Origin: a virus | Taxonomy: Duplodnaviria; Caudoviricetes | IMG/VR virus record: IMGVR_UViG_3300020366_000001 | Location: 96,001-160,000 of that record | DNA length: 64,000 nt | Reading direction: 5' to 3' (one strand) | Position numbers and translations under genes: made by a program | The notes under the pieces: model-generated | What the model saw: the letters and a program-made list of their open reading frames with translations, nothing else | The model's database searches: none | What the model was told of the DNA's origin: nothing | Shown: positions 20,321 to 27,528 of the stretch, one piece after another | How positions within the stretch are numbered: position 1 is the first letter of the stretch | Layout: each line of letters opens with the position of its first letter

Positions 20321-20378
20321 ATTATAGCGGAGTGGGAGACAGATGGGAGATGCCTAGGACACTTCGTCAACTGTCTAC
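20321..20378 (-). promoter_or_regulatory. Early promoter element (dyad + -10)
   Basis: GTAGACA-N10-TGTCCTA, 28 nt, TATAAT. Confidence 0.75.
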
Positions 20379-20420
20379 CACTCCTGTGATAGTTGTGTCG
20401 GGTCTCCCCTCCACTCACCT

Positions 20421-20479
20421 AATATACACGATCACGGAGGTCACACAACCTAGGGTGTGCCACTTTCCTCACCGACCAC
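20421..20479 (-). promoter_or_regulatory. Early promoter element (dyad + -10), tandem with the previous one
   Basis: GTGGTCG-N10-TGGCACA, 29 nt, TATATT. Confidence 0.65.
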
Positions 20480-20866
20480 GATGGCATCAGGGGGGAGTGT
20501 GCTACCTTGGAAAGCGTCCCATCCATCATCCAATTTATCAGGAGTCTGTGTAATCATATGGTCCAGGGTAAGGTTACCCATTTGGATACGTTCATTAATA
20601 AACTTACCAATGCTGAAATCCTCTCTGTCGATGGTGTCTTCCACATCCTCGACTAGATTGTCATTGTCATCTCTATCTTGCTCACCTTCAAGTAGACCAC
20701 AAAGTTGCATAAAAGCAGACTGAAATTCGTCTAAGTCTTTGCATTTATATGCATATTGTTTGTTTTTATTACTCTTATAGATGATTTTTACATTACTTAG
20801 ATCATAGTCTAACTCCAAGTAGTCAATAGCACCACTAGGGAGTTCTTCGTAAACCTTGTTAGTCAT
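20450..20866 (-). CDS. KTSC-like acidic protein (138 aa)
   Basis: SGAI..L..DY....V.I.YKSN...Y.Y...SIGKFIN. Confidence 0.6.
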   Translation of the reverse strand: MTNKVYEELPSGAIDYLELDYDLSNVKIIYKSNKNKQYAYKCKDLDEFQSAFMQLCGLLEGEQDRDDNDNLVEDVEDTIDREDFSIGKFINERIQMGNLTLDHMITQTPDKLDDGWDAFQGSTLPPDAIVVGEESGTP

Positions 20867-20940
20867 CTTAATGTCTTTCTATAGTATACAGTATAGCACG
20901 TGGGTGGGAAAATGAAAACCCTTAAAGGTTAAGAAAGTAA

Positions 20941-21007
20941 GTTTTTGACTTTTTTAACTTTTTCATTATTTCGGTTTTCTGACTTTCTTGACTTTTTCAG
21001 TTTCTTG
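20941..21007. repeat. Non-coding T-rich degenerate ~9-nt repeat tract (TTTTGACT-like)
   Basis: tttttgact ttttaact...ttctgact ttcttgact ttttcag; GACT/AACT at 20947, 20956, 20981, 20990. Confidence 0.7.
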
Positions 21008-21076
21008 TGTTAGACTGCAGGCTAAGACCCCCAGTTATCTCAGTATTGTAAGAGATATAGAACACATAAACTATAT

Positions 21077-21129
21077 TTTTCCACATATTTAATAAGTTTT
21101 CCACAGATATGTGGATAACCTGTGGAAAA
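21077..21129. promoter_or_regulatory. Cluster of four DnaA-box 9-mers (origin-like)
   Basis: TTTTCCACA at 21077 and 21097 (+); TTATCCACA at 21110-21118 and TTTTCCACA at 21121-21129 (-); intergenic. Confidence 0.7.
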
Positions 21130-21138
21130 GCATTGGTA

Positions 21139-21264
21139 TCACTGGGAGCGGAGGGTCCGCACATAGGTATTAAAACTGTCTGACATAGTGTAGTAACCAG
21201 ATGCTACTATTAGTTGACCACTAAAGACAATTGCTGTACATATACCCCAGAATATGTAATACAT
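21139..21264 (-). CDS. Small membrane protein (41 aa)
   Basis: MYYIFWGICTAIVFSGQLIVASGY...; start re-called. Confidence 0.6.
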   Translation of the reverse strand: MYYIFWGICTAIVFSGQLIVASGYYTMSDSFNTYVRTLRSQ

Positions 21265-21271
21265 TTGGGAC

Positions 21272-21436
21272 TTAACTTGGTGGTTCATACTTAGGTACTG
21301 GGTAGGAGATGATGATTCTTTGGGTGTTGTTACCTTGGGAGTCAAGCATAGACTGGCGATGGAGTGTTGCATCAGGGATAGCATTAAGGATATTGGATAG
21401 GGAGTTATTCAATACCATTTGTTGTTTAGGTGTCAT
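21272..21436 (-). CDS. Small hypothetical protein (54 aa)
   Basis: MTPKQQ...LDSQGNNTQRIIISY; coupled to the upstream stop. Confidence 0.6.
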   Translation of the reverse strand: MTPKQQMVLNNSLSNILNAIPDATLHRQSMLDSQGNNTQRIIISYPVPKYEPPS

Positions 21437-21576
21437 TGTAAGTGTGATAACCAAAGGGACCAAGTTATGTTTGTCTTCTTAATACCAAGCAATATGATTG
21501 ATGAAGCAAAAAGAAGAGATAGTAAGAATGGATACAATCCTTGTGGAAAACGTTCGTTTTTTGGTGGATCCAACAT
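21433..21576 (-). CDS. Small membrane protein (47 aa)
   Basis: Hand-translated MLDPPKNERFPQGLYPFLLSLLFASSIILLGIKKTNITWSLWLSHLQ. Confidence 0.55.
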   Translation of the reverse strand: MLDPPKNERFPQGLYPFLLSLLFASSIILLGIKKTNITWSLWLSHLQ

Positions 21577-21659
21577 AAAATAGTATGTGTTAACGGACAA
21601 GACTATGAACTGAAACCCATCACACTTTCGTTATACGTTTTGAATTGAGGTTACAAACA

Positions 21660-21821
21660 ATGCACAACTTAATGTCACACAATCAGTTGGAGGGATGGAG
21701 AGAATCTATCAAAGATGCAGTTGATAAGCAAGATGATTACTTTGACTGTTTAATCGAGTGTACGACAGAGGGGCGTCATACACGTGAATGCAGAAGAGTC
21801 TGTCGGGAAATGCTTATGTGA
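21660..21821 (+). CDS. Small Cys-rich conserved cyanophage/cyanobacterial protein (53 aa)
   Basis: GAGG RBS; MHNLMSHNQLEGW...DYFDCLIEC...ECRRVCREMLM; below the track cutoff. Confidence 0.75.
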   Translation: MHNLMSHNQLEGWRESIKDAVDKQDDYFDCLIECTTEGRHTRECRRVCREMLM

Positions 21822-21881
21822 TGTGACAATCGTAGTAGTGGTATACACCCCCTTGACCTAAGGTTGAGGGGGTTTTATGCT
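21822..21881 (+). promoter_or_regulatory. Plus-strand copy of the dyad element with internal hairpin and TTGACC-17-TATGCT
   Basis: TGTGACA-N10-TGGTATA; hairpin ACCCCCTTGACC-TAA-GGTTGAGGGGGT followed by TTT. Confidence 0.6.
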
Positions 21882-22061
21882 GTCTGGAGTCATTTTAATA
21901 GTTTGCGTGAGCGTTTCTTGTTGTTTCATATACAATTTAATGAAACTTTTAGCAAGGTCTCTTAGAATGACAACATCATCAATTGCGTCGATTTCTCTAC
22001 GTACCTTGTCATATTCAAAGTTTTTGCTCATCGTCGAGAGCAGTATGTCGTCGGGATTCAT
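21858..22061 (-). CDS. Small helical protein, possibly NblA-like
   Basis: 67 aa; LS...F......ID..D....LR......KLY.KQQE; two-helix pattern resembling NblA. Confidence 0.6.
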   Translation of the reverse strand: MNPDDILLSTMSKNFEYDKVRREIDAIDDVVILRDLAKSFIKLYMKQQETLTQTIKMTPDSIKPPQP

Positions 22062-22233
22062 AAGCTTTAGTTTCTAATTCATTAATGAGACTGTGCACAC
22101 CTTCGTGTGTGATAGGATGGGGTAGAGCTTGCAATGCGCAACGCAATACGGATGCTTGTAAATGTTCCAATCGATAATCTTCATCTGAAGACTCTAGTCC
22201 AAAATAGAATTGAAATCGATCGAGTGAAGACAT
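22015..22233 (-). CDS. Hypothetical protein (72 aa)
   Basis: ORF track; divergent from 22263. Confidence 0.55.
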   Translation of the reverse strand: MSSLDRFQFYFGLESSDEDYRLEHLQASVLRCALQALPHPITHEGVHSLINELETKAYESRRHTALDDEQKL

Positions 22234-22262
22234 TACTAATTACCTAAAACACATTACTAATT

Positions 22263-22451
22263 ATGGCGTGTAAAAATTGCGGTGGCAATATGTCACTGGA
22301 TGAACTAGAAAACCAAATGTTTGCTCATCTCTGGACAAAGACTGATGATGGGTGGACAGTTAAGTGTGAAGATGGTACACTAGTTACATTCGCTTCAGTT
22401 AGTGAAGCAAAAGAATTTATACTAAGTGGTGAGCACCGCGACAATGGATAG
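22263..22451 (+). CDS. Hypothetical protein with N-terminal CxxC (62 aa)
   Basis: MACKNCGG...; coupled to the downstream oxygenase. Confidence 0.65.
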   Translation: MACKNCGGNMSLDELENQMFAHLWTKTDDGWTVKCEDGTLVTFASVSEAKEFILSGEHRDNG

Positions 22452-23130
22452 ACAAGGAAAGAAAGTCATCAAACACACTGTTGAGTGTGACACAATGATT
22501 AGAGAGTATCCTAATCACGTACCACCTGAGTTCTGTGATATGTTGATTAAGTATACTGAAGATCTATACAATGGACACATCAATAATGAACCAACAGGGA
22601 CAAATACAGAGGCGTCAAAGTTTGAACGTTCAGATTACTTTTATTGGTTGACTGAAGGTACATCACCTAGTGTACGTAATACACTATTGAGTGGATGGGG
22701 TAAGTTGGCGCAACGTCAATACCTTGAAGAGTTTAGTCAATTAGCATTGAATGATTTCTGGATGAGTGCTGCTAAAGTGCATCGTACTGAACCAGGACAA
22801 GCATTTCATAGTTGGCATTACGATAATGCTGGTTTCTTTGTTGCTGATCGTGAGTTTGTCTTTATCACCTATCTAAATGATGATTTTGAAGGTGGTGAGA
22901 CTGAATTCTTGTATCAAGGTGTTAGAGTGAAACCTGAAAAGGGAAAGACTGTTATCTTCCCCGCAGGTTATACTCATATGCACCGTGGTAATCCTCCCAT
23001 CAAAGGTAACAAATACATTGCAACAACGTGGGCATCAAAATTACCAAGAATGGATCGTGAAACTGGTGACGCTGGTGAAATGAAGTTCATTGGTCCTAGT
23101 GAACAAATGATCAGTTACTATAAAGGTTGA
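22444..23130 (+). CDS. 2OG-Fe(II) oxygenase (prolyl-4-hydroxylase-like)
   Basis: WHYD...YLND.FEGGETEF...FPA.YTH.HRG..P..G.KY. Confidence 0.9.
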   Translation: MDRQGKKVIKHTVECDTMIREYPNHVPPEFCDMLIKYTEDLYNGHINNEPTGTNTEASKFERSDYFYWLTEGTSPSVRNTLLSGWGKLAQRQYLEEFSQLALNDFWMSAAKVHRTEPGQAFHSWHYDNAGFFVADREFVFITYLNDDFEGGETEFLYQGVRVKPEKGKTVIFPAGYTHMHRGNPPIKGNKYIATTWASKLPRMDRETGDAGEMKFIGPSEQMISYYKG

Positions 23131-23313
23131 TCACATTTGATTCAACTTCCCATACAAGTGAACTAGAACCTCATCACGAACTTCCATTAGTTCGTGATAA
23201 CATTTTTGGTTGTGTGCACAAGACCGTAGTTTATCATCTGGTTTATACACAGATTCGATGAATAGACCTAGTGCACGTTTAAGTTTTTCAGTTTTGTTCT
23301 CGGGATCGTACAT
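23131..23313 (-). CDS. Conserved cyanophage hypothetical protein (60 aa)
   Basis: LFIESVYKPD..LR.CAHNQ.CY.ELM motif; start re-called. Confidence 0.7.
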   Translation of the reverse strand: MYDPENKTEKLKRALGLFIESVYKPDDKLRSCAHNQKCYHELMEVRDEVLVHLYGKLNQM

Positions 23314-23464
23314 TGAGTTGGATTGCAGTTGCGTCAGGATACGACTTCTGGACGTGTCGCAATATTGTGGTGGGGTAAACGACATCTTCTGTCCAGGTTC
23401 GCCATTGTAATTTATCATCGATCTCTGACAATACTGCTACTTCCCAACATTTTTTAGTCTGCAT
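23288..23464 (-). CDS. Hypothetical protein (58 aa)
   Basis: MQTKKCWEVAV...; start re-called. Confidence 0.55.
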   Translation of the reverse strand: MQTKKCWEVAVLSEIDDKLQWRTWTEDVVYPTTILRHVQKSYPDATAIQLNVRSREQN

Positions 23465-23912
23465 TTCCATCTTCATTGTTCCAGAAGTCTTCCCAGTCTG
23501 ACGGTGAGTCAGTAACGTCTTTGACATACGATACATTCTTGCGAGTGTGGAGATGCGGCGTGTTCTTGCCACTGAGGTAAGATATGATAGCATTGACTTT
23601 GTTGAGTTGACCTTGGAAATAATCTTGCAAACTAAAGAGTTCGTGACGTACGTCTGAGACAAAATCATATGCTGATGTATCCTCTTGTGATACGTACTCT
23701 AGAAGCAAATCAGCAATGAGTTGTCGTTGATGATCACGATAGGTTTTCTTGTTGTTCTTGCTCAAATAGTTCTGAATCTGCTCTTCCACGTTCTGCTGCG
23801 GCAGTGAGGATGTCGTAGCAGTCTCCAAGTCTGGCGTGATTATTAGATTCGCAGACTGATTGTTGTTGTCGGGAGAGGACTTGGCAGGCATTTCGGAGGA
23901 CCTCAATTTCAT
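23454..23912 (-). CDS. Hypothetical protein (true start probably near 23770)
   Basis: The 3' part looks like coding sequence; the 5' part overlaps the next ORF. Confidence 0.55.
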   Translation of the reverse strand: MKLRSSEMPAKSSPDNNNQSANLIITPDLETATTSSLPQQNVEEQIQNYLSKNNKKTYRDHQRQLIADLLLEYVSQEDTSAYDFVSDVRHELFSLQDYFQGQLNKVNAIISYLSGKNTPHLHTRKNVSYVKDVTDSPSDWEDFWNNEDGNAD

Positions 23913-23940
23913 CGGTATTTAAGAAGAGTTTTACAAGCAT
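23734..23940 (-). CDS. Hypothetical protein (68 aa)
   Basis: TAATG coupling to the upstream gene. Confidence 0.6.
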   Translation of the reverse strand: MLVKLFLNTDEIEVLRNACQVLSRQQQSVCESNNHARLGDCYDILTAAAERGRADSELFEQEQQENLS

Positions 23941-24146
23941 TATTCAGTTTCCTCGATGATTGTAGCTGAAATTTGGTTAAGAACCTTGGCAGTTTTGTTG
24001 ATACTAGTGCCTATCTTAGCACCTATATCATTCTCAACCCAGGCACGATAGATGAACTGGGCAGTGGCAACAATGACTGCTGCGATAGTTACCAACCAAT
24101 ACAAGACTTGACGAAGAAACTTGTTATCGGGGATAGATTTGATCAT
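23940..24146 (-). CDS. Small membrane protein
   Basis: TM helix VLYWLVTIAAVIVATAQFIY; TAATG coupling. Confidence 0.65.
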   Translation of the reverse strand: MIKSIPDNKFLRQVLYWLVTIAAVIVATAQFIYRAWVENDIGAKIGTSINKTAKVLNQISATIIEETE

Positions 24147-24388
24147 TAGCAATAAACAGGGGAATAGTCATCACCAGTATATGGAGTGAGATTGAAATCA
24201 GTAACCTCAGCACCATTAGCGACGTACTGGTTAACGTCGTACACCATATCAGACTTGGTGCGAGTCGAAAACGAGACACAACCTTGGTACTCATTCTCAG
24301 TGGGGTGCCAGATGACACGCTTTACGTAGCGCTTGCCAGTGCCAACTGGAAAATAATCGATTTGTGTTGCGGGAGTGAGAAGTTGCAT
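24146..24388 (-). CDS. Conserved phage early protein (80 aa)
   Basis: MQLLTPATQIDYFP...YVANGAEV; directly behind a promoter element. Confidence 0.75.
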   Translation of the reverse strand: MQLLTPATQIDYFPVGTGKRYVKRVIWHPTENEYQGCVSFSTRTKSDMVYDVNQYVANGAEVTDFNLTPYTGDDYSPVYC

Positions 24389-24412
24389 CGGTTGTGCCGC
24401 GTTGATGAACAT

Positions 24413-24471
24413 ATTATAGAATGGACAGGGGACAAAAGAGACTGGTAGTGGACAGTTTGTGAACTGTCCTA
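24413..24471 (-). promoter_or_regulatory. Early promoter element (dyad + -10)
   Basis: TAGGACA-GTTCACAAAC-TGTCCAC, 29 nt, TATAAT. Confidence 0.85.
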
Positions 24472-24621
24472 GTATGTCTCGCCGTCCCGTGCCTTGGGTG
24501 CAGAATGGATCAGGTCAACTATCGTCTGCACTGTCTCAGCTTGAGCGTCTGATGGCATTACACAGACATAGATGAGACCGATGCTGACCAGTGCTGTTGC
24601 CAGGGTCCAGGTACTACGCAT
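24469..24621 (-). CDS. Small protein with signal/TM helix (50 aa)
   Basis: Hand-translated MRSTWTLATALVSIGLIYVCVMPSDAQAETVQ...; TGATG coupling. Confidence 0.6.
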   Translation of the reverse strand: MRSTWTLATALVSIGLIYVCVMPSDAQAETVQTIVDLIHSAPKARDGETY

Positions 24622-24872
24622 CAGGCGCTACGCACCTCCCCCTTGACTACAACGTCAGCAGGGACACGTGAGATGGTGTAGCGACGGATCTGCTGAGAGA
24701 ACGGACGCCAGGCATCGACAGTCTCGTTCACGATACGGTTGTGCTGACGGTCAGCACCCTTAGCAGTGGTGCACTTGCCACACTTGCGGAAGTACACGAT
24801 AGGGTGCTGAGGAGCATCAACGGTGTCGATCTCAACTTTGTAGAAGCAGTGCTTCACAACTTGAGTGGTCAT
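24621..24872 (-). CDS. Conserved phage early protein (83 aa)
   Basis: GAGGGAG RBS; directly behind a promoter element. Confidence 0.75.
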   Translation of the reverse strand: MTTQVVKHCFYKVEIDTVDAPQHPIVYFRKCGKCTTAKGADRQHNRIVNETVDAWRPFSQQIRRYTISRVPADVVVKGEVRSA

Positions 24873-24899
24873 CGAGTCTCCCTCGTTTGGTATGTACCT

Positions 24900-24957
24900 A
24901 TTATAATGCCCCCTGATCGCGAAACCAGGGGGCGTGTGCCAGTTTAGACAGTGGTTG
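24900..24957 (-). promoter_or_regulatory. Early promoter element with internal hairpin
   Basis: CAACCA-N10-TGGCACA, 29 nt containing GCCCCCTG...CAGGGGGC, TATAAT. Confidence 0.7.
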
Positions 24958-25441
24958 TGACTGTCAGTTTGTTGAGGTAGTCAGCAGTATAGTTCCACCT
25001 ATGTCCTGTCACTCCCCACCTAATCCACGAGAATGATGCATCCTTGTATGATTGTAGGGGTAACCCAGGTGTGGTGAATACATTCTTCACTAGTTGGAAA
25101 TCATATTCATTCACCAAGTATCTCATCTGTCCACTGATAGTGTTAGGGTTACACATATTGGTAGTACAGAATGTACCGAGACCCTTGATTCTACCTTCAG
25201 ATGTCCACTGAATCAATCCAAATCCACCACGTGTGTTCACATAACAATCTTGGTAGTCTCTAGCAACACGTGGTGTGTATTCTTCACACGCTAACGGTTT
25301 GAAGTTGGATTCTTGTTTAATGTTACCAAGAATAACAGCAACTGCATTCTTATCTTTGATGCCATAATCCGATAGGACATTGATGACTTCCTTTTCAGCA
25401 GGTGTACATAAGGTGCACAATAGTGCGGCGGCAATGATCAT
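24944..25441 (-). CDS. Phage tail-tip-type lysozyme (Phage_lysozyme2-like)
   Basis: AVILGNIKQESNF and GGFGLIQWT motifs; hydrophobic N-terminus MIIAAALLCTLC. Confidence 0.8.
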   Translation of the reverse strand: MIIAAALLCTLCTPAEKEVINVLSDYGIKDKNAVAVILGNIKQESNFKPLACEEYTPRVARDYQDCYVNTRGGFGLIQWTSEGRIKGLGTFCTTNMCNPNTISGQMRYLVNEYDFQLVKNVFTTPGLPLQSYKDASFSWIRWGVTGHRWNYTADYLNKLTVTTTV

Positions 25442-25959
25442 TTTAGTTTCTCTCCATACTTTTTGATTGCAGACATACAAATACTATCACCTAGTCGCGG
25501 ATCTGCAGGTAGTTTCTCCGCAGTCTTCAACTTGTCGTATTTAACCTTGAGACGTGGTTTGAGGTAATTATACACATCCTCACCACTCATACGCCAAATT
25601 TCCGCGATTTCCGCACCATCATACCGTACAAAGTAATGGTTCTTGTATTTCAACAACTTCTCTTCGCGCAGATACTTATCTTGTGCTCTCCACGATCCTT
25701 TCACACTGATGCCATTGTACGTGGCATTGATAGTTTTACCAATAGTAGACTTATATTCCGCTTCTCCAATATCATCCTCTGCATCACTACCAGAGTAGTG
25801 TTGTGCAATCTTATGCTTAAGTTCAATGGCAGTATGGATCTCACGCAGACGATTATATGAACAGGGGTCACCCCATCCTTGGTCTTCACACACATCGTGG
25901 AGACCCATAAACAGGAGTCTGAAGCGCTCTTCTGCTGTTGCTTTGGTGTACTTAGGCAT
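25438..25959 (-). CDS. PD-(D/E)xK endonuclease, PvuII-like
   Basis: GSDAEDDIGEAEYKS resembles the PvuII active site GNDAVDNAGQEYELKS; similarity continues along the whole length. Confidence 0.6.
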   Translation of the reverse strand: MPKYTKATAEERFRLLFMGLHDVCEDQGWGDPCSYNRLREIHTAIELKHKIAQHYSGSDAEDDIGEAEYKSTIGKTINATYNGISVKGSWRAQDKYLREEKLLKYKNHYFVRYDGAEIAEIWRMSGEDVYNYLKPRLKVKYDKLKTAEKLPADPRLGDSICMSAIKKYGEKLK

Positions 25960-25986
25960 AGATGATGTTACAGAGGGGTTACAGGG

Positions 25987-26193
25987 TCATTCAGAGGGGT
26001 CTGAGGTGTTCTCAAAATCCTCAATCATATTCACAGGGACAATATGTTCACCAGCAATCAAATAATGATGCTGAAACTCATCAGTGTCACCTACTCTACG
26101 ATATCCAAGGTATGCTAGTTCATCATCAGGGAATTCATTCTCCCTCAATGCTGCTTGCAGTTTGTAGTGTAGAAGATCAGAGGTACTTACCAT
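25987..26193 (-). CDS. Conserved cyanophage hypothetical protein
   Basis: LLHYKLQAALRE...YLG...HHYLIAG; start re-called. Confidence 0.7.
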   Translation of the reverse strand: MVSTSDLLHYKLQAALRENEFPDDELAYLGYRRVGDTDEFQHHYLIAGEHIVPVNMIEDFENTSDPSE

Positions 26194-26428
26194 AGTCCTG
26201 TGCGCGAACGGTGTCTTTAGCATAACAAGTCTTGCCTGTCAACCAGCGTGGATACTGATCATCTTCGATAGCAAGGAGGAATTGATCTTGATTGTCGAAA
26301 TAGTATACATCAGACCAGCGCTTGGTATACTCATTCTGCTCTTGCAGACGATAGTCTGGGTTGCCATTCTCTAGGACACCAGACTCAACAAAGCGGAAAC
26401 CACCGCGTTCTAGAATAGTTTTGGTCAT
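26177..26428 (-). CDS. Conserved cyanophage hypothetical protein
   Basis: ILERGGFRFVE.G..ENG.PDYRLQ...W..YYFDN. Confidence 0.75.
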   Translation of the reverse strand: MTKTILERGGFRFVESGVLENGNPDYRLQEQNEYTKRWSDVYYFDNQDQFLLAIEDDQYPRWLTGKTCYAKDTVRAQDYGKYL

Positions 26429-26460
26429 TGTGTTGTGTAGTATAAGGACAGTATAGCAGA

Positions 26461-26862
26461 TCACCTCTTGTAGAGGTAACCACCTGCCCAGTCAGCGTGC
26501 TCCAGCAACCACTCACGGTGCTCAATCAAGCGCAGATCATAACGAACGTGCTTAGCAGGTGATTTGAATGATGCTGGTTTGTAGACTTCACCAGTCTTCT
26601 TGTCCACAAATGCGTGGACACTCTCAGAGGGAAGACGACCTTCGTTAGGAACAACCATAACGATCTTGAGATACTTGCGACCCTCTTCAATCACGAACTT
26701 ATAGGAAGGAGCATCGTGACGACCAACCGTACCACGGTTGCGAGACTTGAAGTTGTCCTCCAGAGCATCACACAGCATCAGCGTCCACTTGCGGACGTTG
26801 AGTTGGATCTCGTTACGAGCGTCCTGGGTAGCACAGAAGTCAGAAAACGATTGAGTGGTCAT
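26461..26862 (-). CDS. Conserved phage early protein (133 aa)
   Basis: GRKYLKI...SVHAFVDKKTGEVYKPASFKSPAKHVRY. Confidence 0.85.
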   Translation of the reverse strand: MTTQSFSDFCATQDARNEIQLNVRKWTLMLCDALEDNFKSRNRGTVGRHDAPSYKFVIEEGRKYLKIVMVVPNEGRLPSESVHAFVDKKTGEVYKPASFKSPAKHVRYDLRLIEHREWLLEHADWAGGYLYKR

Positions 26863-26886
26863 TGCCTGTCCCTTGATTACCTTAGT

Positions 26887-26944
26887 ATTATACAGCCGTC
26901 AGTGCGGCGCACCATTGTTCTTGTGCCAGTTCTCAAACCGCACA
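26887..26944 (-). promoter_or_regulatory. Early promoter element (dyad + -10)
   Basis: TGTGCG-N10-TGGCACA, 29 nt, TGTATAAT. Confidence 0.75.
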
Positions 26945-27528
26945 GTGGGGTCAGCATAGACGGTGCGAGGCATCATATTAAATGATAGAGTGTGTCTTGT
27001 CGAGTCCTCTGTATTGGTATTGACGAAATGCGCAAGTGTAGATGGGAAGATGAGCATCTTACCCAATGATAGTTTATGTGCGTGCTCGTGCTTATGTGCG
27101 TGAGACATATTCATTCTACCATTTGTATCATCATATGGATTCTCACGTACAAATGTAGTATCTCCACTCTCTCCAGTGAGGTAAACGATGCCACTAATTA
27201 CTGACCACGGGTGCTTATGTAAATGTGTGTACTCACCACGTTTTGTCTGTGTGATCCACATCGATGTCACTGCCATACTATGTGCGTATGGTTTATTGTA
27301 TATGTCTAAGTATATCTCTTCTACTGATTCTTCTGCCCAATTGGCAAGTGCTAGTGCTGCTGGTGCAGCAGAGCAGTCAGCATAGTTTCTCACATCACCA
27401 TCATTCTCCCAATTATATGGGATTTGATGGCATAATGCTACCAATGGTGCAAATATATCTTGGGGTACCTCGAACTCATACAGAGTTGTCGGTAGGATTG
27501 GTATCTTTTTTACCGAAGATTGTGTCAT
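26899..27528 (-). CDS. 2OG-Fe(II) oxygenase superfamily protein (HxH-type)
   Basis: HKHPWSVISGIVY...LIFPSTLAHFV...RHTLSFN; start re-called. Confidence 0.85.
   Translation of the reverse strand: MTQSSVKKIPILPTTLYEFEVPQDIFAPLVALCHQIPYNWENDGDVRNYADCSAAPAALALANWAEESVEEIYLDIYNKPYAHSMAVTSMWITQTKRGEYTHLHKHPWSVISGIVYLTGESGDTTFVRENPYDDTNGRMNMSHAHKHEHAHKLSLGKMLIFPSTLAHFVNTNTEDSTRHTLSFNMMPRTVYADPTVRFENWHKNNGAPH

Noticed and set aside
19775-20389. 204-aa plus-strand ORF
   Set aside because: Antisense to two minus-strand genes that have their own promoter element and recognisable motifs.
21542-21550. Fifth TTTTCCACA box
   Set aside because: Lies inside a probable small CDS (encodes R-F-P-Q) about 410 bp from the cluster; may be incidental.
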